The position numbers and the translations under genes were made by a program. DNA of 46,353 nt, filler included, from Sphacelaria rigidula (Eukaryota), in NCBI GenBank assembly GCA_964200075.2. It is 2 parts of 2 records of this genome, joined end to end, with 100 filler letters (N's around TTAATTAATTAA, not from the genome) between each part and the next. Parts side by side here need not be neighbours in the genome. Positions count along the whole stretch, not along the records: positions 23,230 to 46,353 come from CAXNAA020000286.1; 1 more part is not named here. One strand, written 5' to 3'. Shown here one piece after another: positions 24,565 through 35,900 of this stretch. Each line of letters opens with the position of its first letter. Positions within the stretch are counted from its first letter, which is position 1. Under the pieces are notes generated by a model that was not told the origin of the DNA, did no database searches, and saw nothing but the letters and a program-made list of their open reading frames with translations.

Positions 24565-25111
24565 AAAGCTTTGAAATAGAAACGTCGGTGGAAGAACGTG
24601 CAAAGTAGGGATGCGTATCAGGCGCCACACCCGGCCTGGTGTGAAATAATCGGGCCCGACGTAGCCAAGGTTGTGTGTAGACAGATAGGGTGTACCCGGA
24701 GGTGCGGGATTTTTATTGGCGTACCACTACAAACCATATCGAAATGTGTAGCGACCATTCTGAAAGGATATCGAGCCCTGCTCCGAACATTCCGGTATGG
24801 TCTGAAAAGGGTATTATTTACAGATAAAAAATACCCTCTTCTTGTACTTGTGTGAATACCCTGATTTCAGTCGGTATACCCTACGAAGTATCGATGGGAG
24901 TACCATTTCTGAGGTGTCCTACTACCGAAAACTACCACGGTGCCGCGATTTGACTGGAGTATTGCATGGGAAGAACGCAGAGTGGTGCTCAGTCATCCTC
25001 CACTACTCGGTATTTCAGCAGGCGAAGGAAAATATTAGAAAAAAATCTGACTGCCAAGCACATGTCAGCCGTGCTATATTGAAGTGCCTCCTTAGCGGGA
25101 AGGCCGATCGG

Positions 25112-26077
25112 TAGGGTTGGGTACTGGCGCGCTGCGCCAGTACCAGGTGTACTGGCTGCGGTCAGCAGCCAGTATACTGGATCTAAACAGTACACTGGTG
25201 CCGCGACCACCGCCTCCCCCCGGCTGGTGAGGGGGCCCCACCGGAGGCGTGTTTTTACGCGATTTGGCTTCACTAGAAGATATTTTTTGGGTAATTTTGG
25301 GCCACTCTGATGCTGCCCGACTCGGGTATAAATAGTAAGTGCATGGAAACACTTTGACTGTAGGCGACGGTCAGTTATCAATTGTGTTGGCCACATTTGT
25401 GTTGACACCGGTGGATGATGTTATCATATCACGTGTACCACACATCCACCATCATGTTGCTCCCGAGACACCTTTGGGCAAGTTGATCGCCATGAAAGTG
25501 GTCATATTTCACCCACGCATCCTCATTTAAAGCCATAAAAAAAGTACCCCGCATAGGATGTACGGATCTCGATTGAAATACCAGCCTCGAATACGGGTGC
25601 ATCTACGAAGGAACCAAGTACGGAGCCGGCTTTGACTTGCGGAGCTCGTGGTTCACCCGTTGCAGCTTCTCCTGTCGCAGTTGATCCTGCTGCGACTGCT
25701 GACGAACAGCAGCAGCAGTAGCAGGTGGCGCGACCGCCACAACTTCTGCTTCACCGGGATCGCTCGAGGCCGCGGCGGCTTCGGGGTTTGGAGACCCGCC
25801 ATTAGGGTCTGCAGAGGGCGTGCTGCTGGTACTCATGGATTGTTCCATCGTTCGTAAGGTCTCCCAACACCCGCTGCTGTGTAGGTACACTCGTTCCACA
25901 GCCTCTCTCTTCTGAAGCGGGCCAGTTTGGTTGGTTTCCATGGTGGTTCATGAGGCAAATTGTAGGACGTACGCAAGAGGGCCATGTACGGGTGTACTGG
26001 TGGCCTCTCAGCCAGTACAAGTGGTACTACCAGTACAGGAATACTGGCAGTAAATACTGGTCCAGGACCCAACCCTA
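25112..26077. mobile_element. hAT-like internally deleted element (966 bp)
   Basis: TIRs TAGGGTTGGGT(A/C)CTGG; subterminal TACTGG/CCAGTA clusters at both ends; remnant ORF 25603-25941(-); no TSD seen. Confidence 0.72.
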
Positions 26078-26276
26078 GTAATCTCGAAATCCCTGGTATC
26101 GTAGGTATGACATTTCAAAATACGGGATTTGGCAGGTACGGTAGGTACTGAGATCTCAAAATACCCTGATATCGCAGGTATCGTAGGTGTGAGTTTAGAA
26201 AATACCGGATTGGGTCGGTATCGGTAGGGTATGAGATTTCCCAAAGACCGGTACCGGGTACCTGCCGCACCCTCTA
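26078..26276. repeat. second GGTAT..AAATACC array (probable transposon end)
   Basis: Collinear with roughly 26488-26679, then diverges to gccgcaccctcta. Confidence 0.75.
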
Positions 26277-26350
26277 CACCGAATTCAAAACTGTCATATG
26301 GTAGTACGAAGCGTTTTAGATCTGGATGCAAGTTGGGCAGTCCAAGTTTT

Positions 26351-26700
26351 CACAGGCACCGTAGGTAACGTATCGTACCGAGCGTACTCCCGGTATTTAC
26401 CGGGGTATCCCATACCGTGGTATGCGTAGGTATTGTAGGTATGAGTTTTGAAAATACCGGATTGGGCGGGTACGGTAGGTATTGAAATCTCGAAATACCC
26501 TGGTATCGCAGGAATCGTAGGTATGACATTTCAAAATACCGGATTGGGCGGGTTCGGGAGGTACCTAAATATCGAAATACCCTGGTATCGCAGGTATCGT
26601 AGGTATGGCACTTGAAAATACCGGATAGGACCGGTATCGGTAGGGTATGGGATGTCCCAAATACCGGTACCGGGTACCTACCTTTCATACGGTGCCTTTG
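26351..26700. mobile_element. TIR element built from GGTAT..AAATACC repeats
   Basis: TIRs CA(C/A)AGGCACCGTA; interior is a ~78-bp dimeric tandem repeat. Confidence 0.7.
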
Positions 26701-28952
26701 CAAGGATCATGCACCATGCTACCATTCCTTTCAGAACATTTTCACTTTCTAATAATGATTATGAAGGTTACGATATGAAAACGGCGCCGAGACAGCAGCA
26801 GGTCTTTGCAGCGTAGTTGTGCAACTCGACCCGCTTGTCGGTCGATGCTCGTAGTGGCACAGGAAACAACCGCCGTTCAGGCTTCGTTATACGTTCGGTA
26901 TTGTGGCCTTGGGGTTTATACGCCGTCTCCCACAAGACGTGGTCGTACAGCCCAGTCGAAAATAACGGTGTCTTCTGCCAAGAACCACTGTATGAAGATG
27001 CTCGGGAAGGGGGCATCGTCCCCTTACAGATAGTAGCAGAGATTGCCTCGCTGATATCGCTGACCACGACGGGGGCGGTCCCCTTTGTCTTCTTTTATGA
27101 GACTCAACGTCCAATTTTATTCGACGGGGCTCCGACGTGAATATGTTGAGCTCTCACCGACACTCACCTCATCGACATTTTTCGGATTTTTTTTACCGTT
27201 TCACTTGCTCTCAAAGTGCGACAGCGTGCAATGTTCGATTTTCACGGATGTATCGCGGGTGTTCCAGCTCTTTGAAGGCGCGGTTCGCGTCATACAGTCA
27301 GTACTCTACTGCCGGGTCGAAGCACGCAGTGCCATCTTTGTCGTGAATCTGACGCCAATGATATATTTCTTACATTGAGCGCTTCCGATTTACGCAGTGT
27401 TGTGCATGCTTTGCCGTCCGGGTGCCTTAGCCAGCGACGTGTTCTGTAGCACCACCTTTCCGTGTTAACCTGGACACCTCTCTTCCAATGTTTTTTTTTT
27501 CGTTCCCAGGGAACAGGAAGGAACCTTGAACCATGCATTCTCTATTTCTAGTTTCGTGCAGCGCTTCGAGTCGCTCCACCCGTCAGACATGCCCACCCGA
27601 GGGCAGACATGTCTAGCGAATGTATCGATAGGCACCAAGGTGGGAGTGCCCCCCCACCCAGGTAGTGTCGGACTTCGGCAATAGAGACAAGAAATGTCCC
27701 GCACCGACCAAACCTCCTACAATGTCCCCTAGCTCGACTCTGTACACGAGTCACCCTACTCATCCGGGCGTCGGTCCTCACTCTCTTCCAAGCTCATTCT
27801 CTTCCAAGGATGTGTTCGCCTCTAACCTCAGCACATCTCACATGGTGGAGCATGACCGTTTCGAATGGAACCCGCGCCTTGGAAAAAAACATTCCCTAGG
27901 CAGACCCCATAATGATGAAAAGGAACGGCACTGATGACTGCCTTGGTGAGTGCCTACAGTAAAGTGATCCTGCGATGCCCCCCCGCCCCCTCGAAACTAG
28001 CCCCAAAACTGGCACGAAGAAAATGGCCATACGGCACATGATTACTTGTTTTAGACGTCATGGAGCCCCTCGTGTGGTTCACATTGACGGAAACGATCAA
28101 AAGTAAGGGCGTTCCCAACTCCTCGGTGTGCTCGGCTTTGTCAACTTGTTTTGCATGCAGATTTAACCCCCTCACCCCAGCCATTTTTCGGGGGGGGGGG
28201 GGCTATCGCGGTATCACTCAGCAGTAGCTGTGACTGCCTCTCATTCGGCGTTACTGGTTGTCCGGAGAGTGGTTAGCGCTAGTGCCGGGAAAGGTGCGAT
28301 CAGTGCTAGTTGTGCGAATCACGGTGTAGATTGTCTGGTAAGCGGCGGATACCTCTCTATGTGCGTCTCTCTGGTCGTTCAGAAAGTGCTTGCTGCTACA
28401 GTTCTAGGCACACTGCTGTCGGTGCAAATGTTTAGCTCACGGCGTAGCTTCCAATCAGCTGGTTGAATGTGTGCTTGGTTTGCTTGAATCGGCCGTGAAC
28501 CGAAGCAGCGTTGTCCGCGTGTGAACAACCGCGTCAGTCAAACTGACGGTTTGATGAAAAAACAACGCGCCAAACTTCAACGTGTATGAGTATTGTTCGC
28601 CCAAGATCGCACCAGCGCCATTGATGAGCACTGCCTCATGCGGTGGTGACTGGGGCTACCTCTGAAGGTGTCAGCCGTCTAGCGTGAGTCTTTGTAGATG
28701 GCGGGGATGGCTTAGAATGTTGAGCACATTTTCCCAACGGTTGCACATTACCACCAGGTGAAAACGCGGACTTTTATCTTACTGACATGTGGTTGTTTGT
28801 GCTGCAATTTCTAGCTGAAGAAGCTCAGAGTGTCCATTTTTATCCTTTCCGCAGCGCGCAAATAGTTATAGAATGATGAAACCATTTCGGAGCGCAAATT
28901 ATGTAGATCTGTCGCAGCGTTTTGTTTTTGGCTCGCCGCATTTTTCTCGCAG

Positions 28953-29012
28953 TCCAAACTTTGTGATGAGGTAGCCCCTGAACCATGCACCGGAGAGGAA
29001 CGCGGTGGAACG
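28953..29012 (+). CDS. possible upstream SDR exon (N-terminal extension)
   Basis: Pyrimidine tract ending tttttctcgcag|SKLCDEVAPEPCTGEERGGT|gtcagc; phase 0-0 fits exon 29787. A further donor CTG|GTAAGC lies at 28337. No homology support. Confidence 0.4.
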
Positions 29013-29786
29013 GTCAGCAAGATTGGATATGTTCGGCACGACAAGACGGGGGCAATGAACATTTTCTCATTAATGGCGTTTATGATAATCTCTGCCTACT
29101 CGTTCTACGGTAGCGCCCCTCCCCTTTCCCCCCCCAGAAATGTTTAATGGGGCCCGAGGCGTAATCGATCACGTGAGGGGTGCCTGCAGGCGGGGTGCGA
29201 CTCGTGCTGATCTTGCATTCTTCTAATAAATTTCAAGACCTGGCTCCCAAACCAGCGGGCTCACAAGTCCAGGTGCTTGTCCACCGTGTGCAGCACGTGA
29301 TCTGAGCTCTGCCATTGGACATATAGTTAAGGCACCATTCACACGTCCCTTGGGCGAGGGTTTTCGGTCTTCCTTGGTTTAGTAGTTCGGGTAAGGGGTT
29401 AGCCTTGCGATTTGGCAAGGAATGTTTTTCAATCGTGGGATTCCGGAGTCTCCTAACTGGGGGAAATCCACGTCTTGGCCGCGGTCATCGGGAAATTGTA
29501 GTTTCCCAGCTGTTCGCAGTTGTCCTGGTCTTACTATCTGCCTTCACAACCACCCGTACTGCTTTGGAGTGCCTGCCTACCACGACACTTATCACTCGCA
29601 GAGCATTTCACCCGTTCCGGCCTATTATCTCCCATGTTGAACGTAATCGCAATTGCCAGCTGTTTAAGTCGTCCGGGGGTTTGTTCGTGACACCCATCAC
29701 CTGTCCGGTTTTGGGGGCTCGTTGCACGAGAGATCACCATTCGTTCGCACTCCTTTTGCTATTCATCCTGTGACTTCATACTCAAG

Positions 29787-29956
29787 GGTGAGCTGATTGG
29801 ACGAGGACCAATAGATCCTGTCCGACCGTTCTTGCCGGACTTGCTCAAGGGCAAGCATGCCTTGGTCACGGGAGGCAATCGAGGTATCGGGGAGGCAATC
29901 ACAGTCGCTCTGGTAGCAGCAGGCGCCAAGGTCTGCGTCATGGCTAACAGCGAGGA
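29787..29956 (+). CDS. SDR exon (Rossmann TGxxxGIG)
   Basis: ctcaag|GELIGRG...LKGKHALVTGGNRGIGEAITVALVAAGAKVCVMANSE GA|gtgagt; not in the ORF track. Confidence 0.92.
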
Positions 29957-32900
29957 GTGAGTTCCCTGGTCGAATACGGTCAATAGGCCGTTCAAGGTGC
30001 TGCAGGTTGCCATCAAATCACAGTACAACACGTTTATCAGGCATGCACTCATGCTGAGGTCACGGGGGGGGCAATCCAGGCGTCGCGGAGGCCATCACAG
30101 TTGCTCTGATAGCGGCAGGTACCAAGGCCTGCGTCATGGCTATCAGCGAGGAGTGAGTTCCCTCGTGGATGCAACCGTAATGCTGTTCAGGAAACAGCAG
30201 GTTGCGATCAAACCACAGTACAATGCGGTCATCAGACATAAACATTCGTAGACGATAGTATGCATGTTTTCGCGCTTCAGGGCGGGGAGGATATGGTCCA
30301 TTCGTTCAGGGGTCTGCTGGGTGGGAAGTGCTTTTTATAGGTAGCTTATGCAGGAAAAACTTGCGACACGGTCCATCCGGCTCACCTGACCTCATTTGAT
30401 GGGGCTTTGCACGACAAGAGCATACCACAACGGAAAGGCTACCGTCAACGCGCGGCGATCGTTGAGATAATCAGAAGGCCGCTGTAGCCCCACCTGAGCT
30501 GAGAATCTGGTCCCGAACTTAGCAATCGTTTGCGCAGGGCATTTCGAGAGATGGTAGCGAGGCACGACAGCCTCGATGCGAGCGAAGGCGTGGGAAACGT
30601 GTCGTGGGTGAGAGCGAACTTGATGGTACCATCCGAAGCAGTGGGAGGTGCCGAAAAAGCTGTGCGGTGGGCGGGTGGCACTGTGGACATTTTGGTGAAC
30701 AACGCAGGAATCGTTGGTGCCGAAGAATTCATGGATGTCTCGACCAAGACCTTCGATGACGTCATTGCCATCAACACAAGGGCTCCGCTCCTCGTCTCTC
30801 AGGTGGGATGAGCGCTCGGGAAAATGATCTTGACTTATGTAGCGATTGTCTTTGCTGCTGCGCCCCTCCCATGCTCAAAGCTGCCTTCGAGGCTCTTCAT
30901 GAATCGGCAATAATGTCGATGCATCTCTCTCGTACGTACCGTTATCAAACCCAACACGTTAGCGCGAACTGGTAAACCCTAACGCCCTCTTCGATCGATT
31001 ATGGCGATAGCCCGTTTTCATCGATGTCCCGTGAAGGTGTAGCCAGTCCTGGTGATCCATCTCTTCTCGGGTGAGCCCAACGGTATTGGAGCCAACGTAT
31101 ACCCGACCGGACAGATTTGCTGGACGCGGCGATGTCCAGCCTCAGTCCGGCCATGGGGTTTATCTCGCCAATGATGCATTTACTGTCCCCAACGTCTTGC
31201 AGGTATGCCTGAAGGGCATGATCAAGCAGAATCACGGCAAGATCGTCAACATCTCTTCGATGAGCTCTGTGATAGCACCGAAAGCGCACGCATCATGTGA
31301 GAGTGACGTCTGAAGTTTGCCGAGTGCCGAGTTGCTGACTTGCGACGTAAACTGGAAGTGCCGGCCATTCGTTGATTCTCTGCCGTTTGAGTTGTAGGCT
31401 CTTTCTAATCTTGTCGATGCAGGAACGGAGTGTTGGAAGTAGCTAGCTCAACCCTACGCACGCAGTACACATCACGTTCTCGAAGCAAGTGTAATCAGCA
31501 AAACATCTCGTGCAATGTTCACGTGGCTCATTCCCACCACTCATCCGTTATTACCCTTACAGTTTTCCTCGGAGTACATACGAGAGGGAGCGGCAGTCAT
31601 ACAATTGAACGCCTTCTCGAATACTCATGCAAACGCAAGGGCGCGGTAACCAGCCCGGGCGAAGGCGTTCGTCGTGTATCCGTACGCGACAGCTCTGTGA
31701 TGGCGGTCTATTCGGGGATATCCTCTGTCGATTCCCACTACCTCCATTTGGTGTAAGGATTCCTTCCTGTTTCGTAGCGAAAGTACAGTGCGTATGGATA
31801 CCGTGGATTGCTCCCTCGAAAGGGTAGCTGGCCGCCCCTGGTTCTATCGGCATCATGACTTCTGGTTTCTAGACCGCGATACGCTTTCATTTTGATCAAA
31901 GTGGAACGTTTCCCACCCACGGTCAGATGCAGACGAACGAGCCAGTGAGAGCCCATCGGTTGCCGGCAACTCGGAAGTAGAAAATTCAAAGTTTGGGGTC
32001 TTGAATGGCAAATAACTAGTGTTCCCCGGTGGCTCAGTTGATAACATTGAAAACTCTTGACGTTTTGGACGTGGATTCGAACCTCGTTGAAGTCACATGA
32101 TCCGGGATTTTTCTCACATCATGCCCACCAGTGGAGAGCGACCATGTCCTGGGTACATAACGTTCGACTTCACGGTCGGCGAGGGAAAAGGGCCCGTTGA
32201 ACCCGTCTCGCGATGAATAAGAAGGCAAGCACCGCAAAAGGAAGGTGGAGAACTAAAAGTATAAATCCTGTTTTGACCTCCCTCCTGTTTGACCCCTGCT
32301 GGTGTGCTCACATATACCGAAAGATGTAGACTGGCGTGCAGAATAGATGGGATGACAACACAGACACGTATTCTTGTTGGCGAGGCAACCCTCGGCCCCC
32401 TGGCGTGGTCAGTTTTCAGCGCCACAGCAGCGGAGCGAAACCTAATCGCTGGCATCACGCTTCATCACCCACCTTGCGTCGACATCTCAATATCCGCTTG
32501 CGCAATCCAAAAGTCAATAACTTCGGTTTGCGGTAGGACAATGAGAGGGTAAGCTGACTCGGGGGTGTCGGTGGTTCAGGCTGAAAAGTACCTTCAAATC
32601 GCGAACGTTGGGGCTTGAAGAGTGTCAAGCCTCTTTTCTGCGGGTGCGGCTCTTGAGAAACATCTCGTCAATCTGGTCGTAAATATTAGATACATTGACG
32701 GATGACCCGTACACCAAACGTATAAGGGACGGACTAAAAGCATGAAACATGCGGGCATTGTACGGTACACCGCTGTTACTGTACGTTCATGCTAGCTGCA
32801 CTCCACGGTGCTTCCGCATCACTCGAGCGAGGGATATAAAGTGTAGGCACTGACCTGTGCTCGGTAGTTGGACGGACGCCGTTATGCAGATCATGTCGAC

Positions 32901-35900
32901 TTTTCACGCGTGCGCTTCATTTCTTCAGGCAAACCACGTGGCGGCATCACATGATAGTGCAGTTACAGACAGTACAGTCCACGGTAAGAGTCACCACATC
33001 CCTTATCACGACAACAAAACAAGCTTTTGTTTTGGTTCGCTTTCGGAACAGAAAAAACGTAGAATGCATGCCGATTCTAAAACCAGCACGCTTGTTCACG
33101 TCACAACGAAGCTCCCCCGTTGGGAAAGGAAACGCTCGGTACGTGCTTCCAGTTTGGAAAAATCTTGCGTTCCCGGTGCCCCCCTAAACCCCCTCTTGGG
33201 AGGTGCGATACACGATTTGCGCTCCTTAAAAATAGTCTCGAACCGTCAGCAGAATGCTCCCGAAGCGCATCACATGTTGGTCCAACGTGGATATTTCTCA
33301 AAGTTTGTCAAAGTCGCCCATAATATCCCTCTGTCGTTCCCTTTCTCTCGAGCGTACGAACGCAAGCGTTCAATAACTTTGAGTGCAGAGCTTGCCGTCT
33401 GCAGCGAACAATTTACGCCAGGGTTGCCCTCGCCCTGAGGATCGGAGTGCACATACAGGCTGGCCGCACGACTCAAGACAAGAAAAAGTGTCCGCAGCGC
33501 CAAAAGGAGGAATGCCACTCAAAAAGTAATACAAATGCGTTTCCTGCAGCTGATAGCCAGCTAGCCTGGAGTGCACTGGGGGCTCTGATCGGTCATCCCG
33601 ATAATTCTATCATTTCAGGCTATCCTTGACACCAAATACGGCCTGGTGGCATTATCCGTCGGTGGCGTTTTGGATCGAAAACCAAGATGCACGAGTTCTC
33701 ACACGATTCCGCTGAAATTTAATGGCCGTGTTTACTTGACATCAAGGCAAGAAAAGCGATACCTGGTGCGGCTCCCAACTCGCCTCCGTCCAAACGTTAC
33801 GGCGAGAACACAAAGAACACAAACATGGGGGGCAAAATATCTAGACCAATGTATAGAATTTTCACGCTTTAGGAAATCTTCACATGTTGGATTTTGCGCT
33901 CGAGATTTGAGTGAGGACCTGAAATTATGAGGAGACTTGTACGTTGAGAATTTTCAGGGAATTCTTGGTAGTGCATCCATCTACTTTCACCCCCGAAAAC
34001 AAGGGATTTGTTTTTCGGAAGTTCAGTCGAACGGACCCATCTCTAGAAATGGAGGGAGATCAAGGGTAGGTGGGGAAAAGTTCCCAGATCCACAGACACA
34101 TTTTTTTTATTTTCGGCCCTGCAGGGGAGGGTGTGTGGGAGGGGCCCACTCATTTGTTGCTTGCCTTATTTGTTTGACCATTTACAGCGCACCCCTTGCG
34201 AGACGGAGCACAGGGGGAGGGCGTACTCATTTGCTGCTTGCCTTAGTCGTTTGGCCGTTGACCACGCGCCCCTTTCGAGATGGAGCACCGTTCCCACTCC
34301 TAATAGAGACACCTCCAACATTCCGGTGCTCATTACGTTCCTTCAATAGATTACACAATTTTTTTTTACATATCTTCTCCCCGTCCTGTTTCGCCGTCTG
34401 TGGCCACAATCTATCTCCTAGTAAAGCCATCGTTTTCTCGCTACTGGCGACAAGCTGGGCCAGCCTAAAAAGGGATTTGACCTCTTAAAGCAATCTCTCA
34501 TCGACACAAACGAGTTGGGTCATGATCTGCATATCGTATTAATCGTCTTATTATCCCTTTTGGAACCCACTGGCGATTTTTATTTTTGTGAATCGGCCCC
34601 ATTTTGACTTGAAAATGACTGAAAATGATGCCAATTCACGAACACAAGAATCGTCAGTGGGTTCCAAAAGGGTTAAGGGGAAGGTGCCCATCTGCTCAAA
34701 AGTCTGGGCCAATATTTTGTCGTTGAATAAACCCCATGTCTAGTAATTACCACACCTAACGGAGATAGCGCCCACACTGAAATCTCTGTGAAACCCCGAT
34801 CGATGCATTTAGCGGATGGCGTCGATTTTTGGTGTGGACATTCCCTGGAGCAGGGGAAGACTGCAGATATCCTCGCCTTCACCTAATTCGTTATCTGTTC
34901 AGAGATATGGCGAACATAATTTTTTATACTAAAATCAATATATTACGAGCAGAGGTCCTACATGAACTAAATATGGATATCGCGCCTCAGTTTTTGACAG
35001 GTATGCGATGAAATTTCGAATCGAGAACCGATGGTGCAAAACAAAGCTAAAAAACAGCTTTTTAATTTTTTTCGTTTTTCAAATTTTCTGCGTTTTTAGA
35101 GCAGTTTTAAGGAGAAATGGACACTGCTCTTGGGCCTTATCTCAATTTTTAGTTCAATTTTTAGAATTGTGATTTGAAACTCAGGATAAAGAACCACAGA
35201 GGTATGCCGAATTAAGAAAAATGAGCCCTCAGTTTTTTTTTGGGAGGGGTTCGGGCGTTATCGTAAAAAAATGGTCGTTTCCATACAAGAACACCCTAGA
35301 CCCGTGAAAAAAAAATTCAACCTGACCCACTTTGTTTTGTCAATTATGCCCTAGCCACGGCTCACACAAAGTTTCAATACACAAACACCAAACGTGGGCC
35401 GGTGAGTGGCCTGCAAAATACTGTTCCGAATTTCTTCTGACCTCGTCACTAAACGGCCGGCCCATATTTAGAGTTGAACCCTGAAATTTGGTATGGACAA
35501 TGAATAGGCCATAATAAAAACAAGTACGAATGTACTCTTTTTCTCTATGAGTTGAGGGCAATAATCAGTTTTGAGGTATCAGTAAAAATGCCCTTAACTC
35601 ATGAAAAAAAAAATCGTGTGCACTTGCATTTGTTTCAATTCTGCCCTATTTATTGTCCATACCAAATTTCACGGTCCAACTCTAAGTATTGGGCCTGCAA
35701 ACTACAAATTCGATTCGCGGCTGGCCCAGCTCGTAATGCATCAAACGATTTCATGCCACCTTCGTTCACGTCCCGCATTTCTCCCTCTTGCACGTCCCGT
35801 TCCTCCTTGTATAGTTCACATTCGGCCACTATATATGGCTTCTGCTCTATTGCTTTGCCACAGAGGCAGTTCTGTGCATCTGGCAGGTCCAGGTCCCCAC

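Noticed and set aside
26078..26700. CRISPR-like array of spaced palindromes
   Set aside because: The spacers are themselves repeated, the units are degenerate, one array is bounded by TIRs, there are no cas genes, and the context is eukaryotic.
27927..27970. Hammerhead ribozyme (CTGATGA)
   Set aside because: The potential stem II is followed by TAAA rather than GAAA, and no convincing stems I/III or cleavage triplet were found.
32857..33438. 193-aa ORF in the SDR intron
   Set aside because: GTG start, no recognisable motif or splice support.
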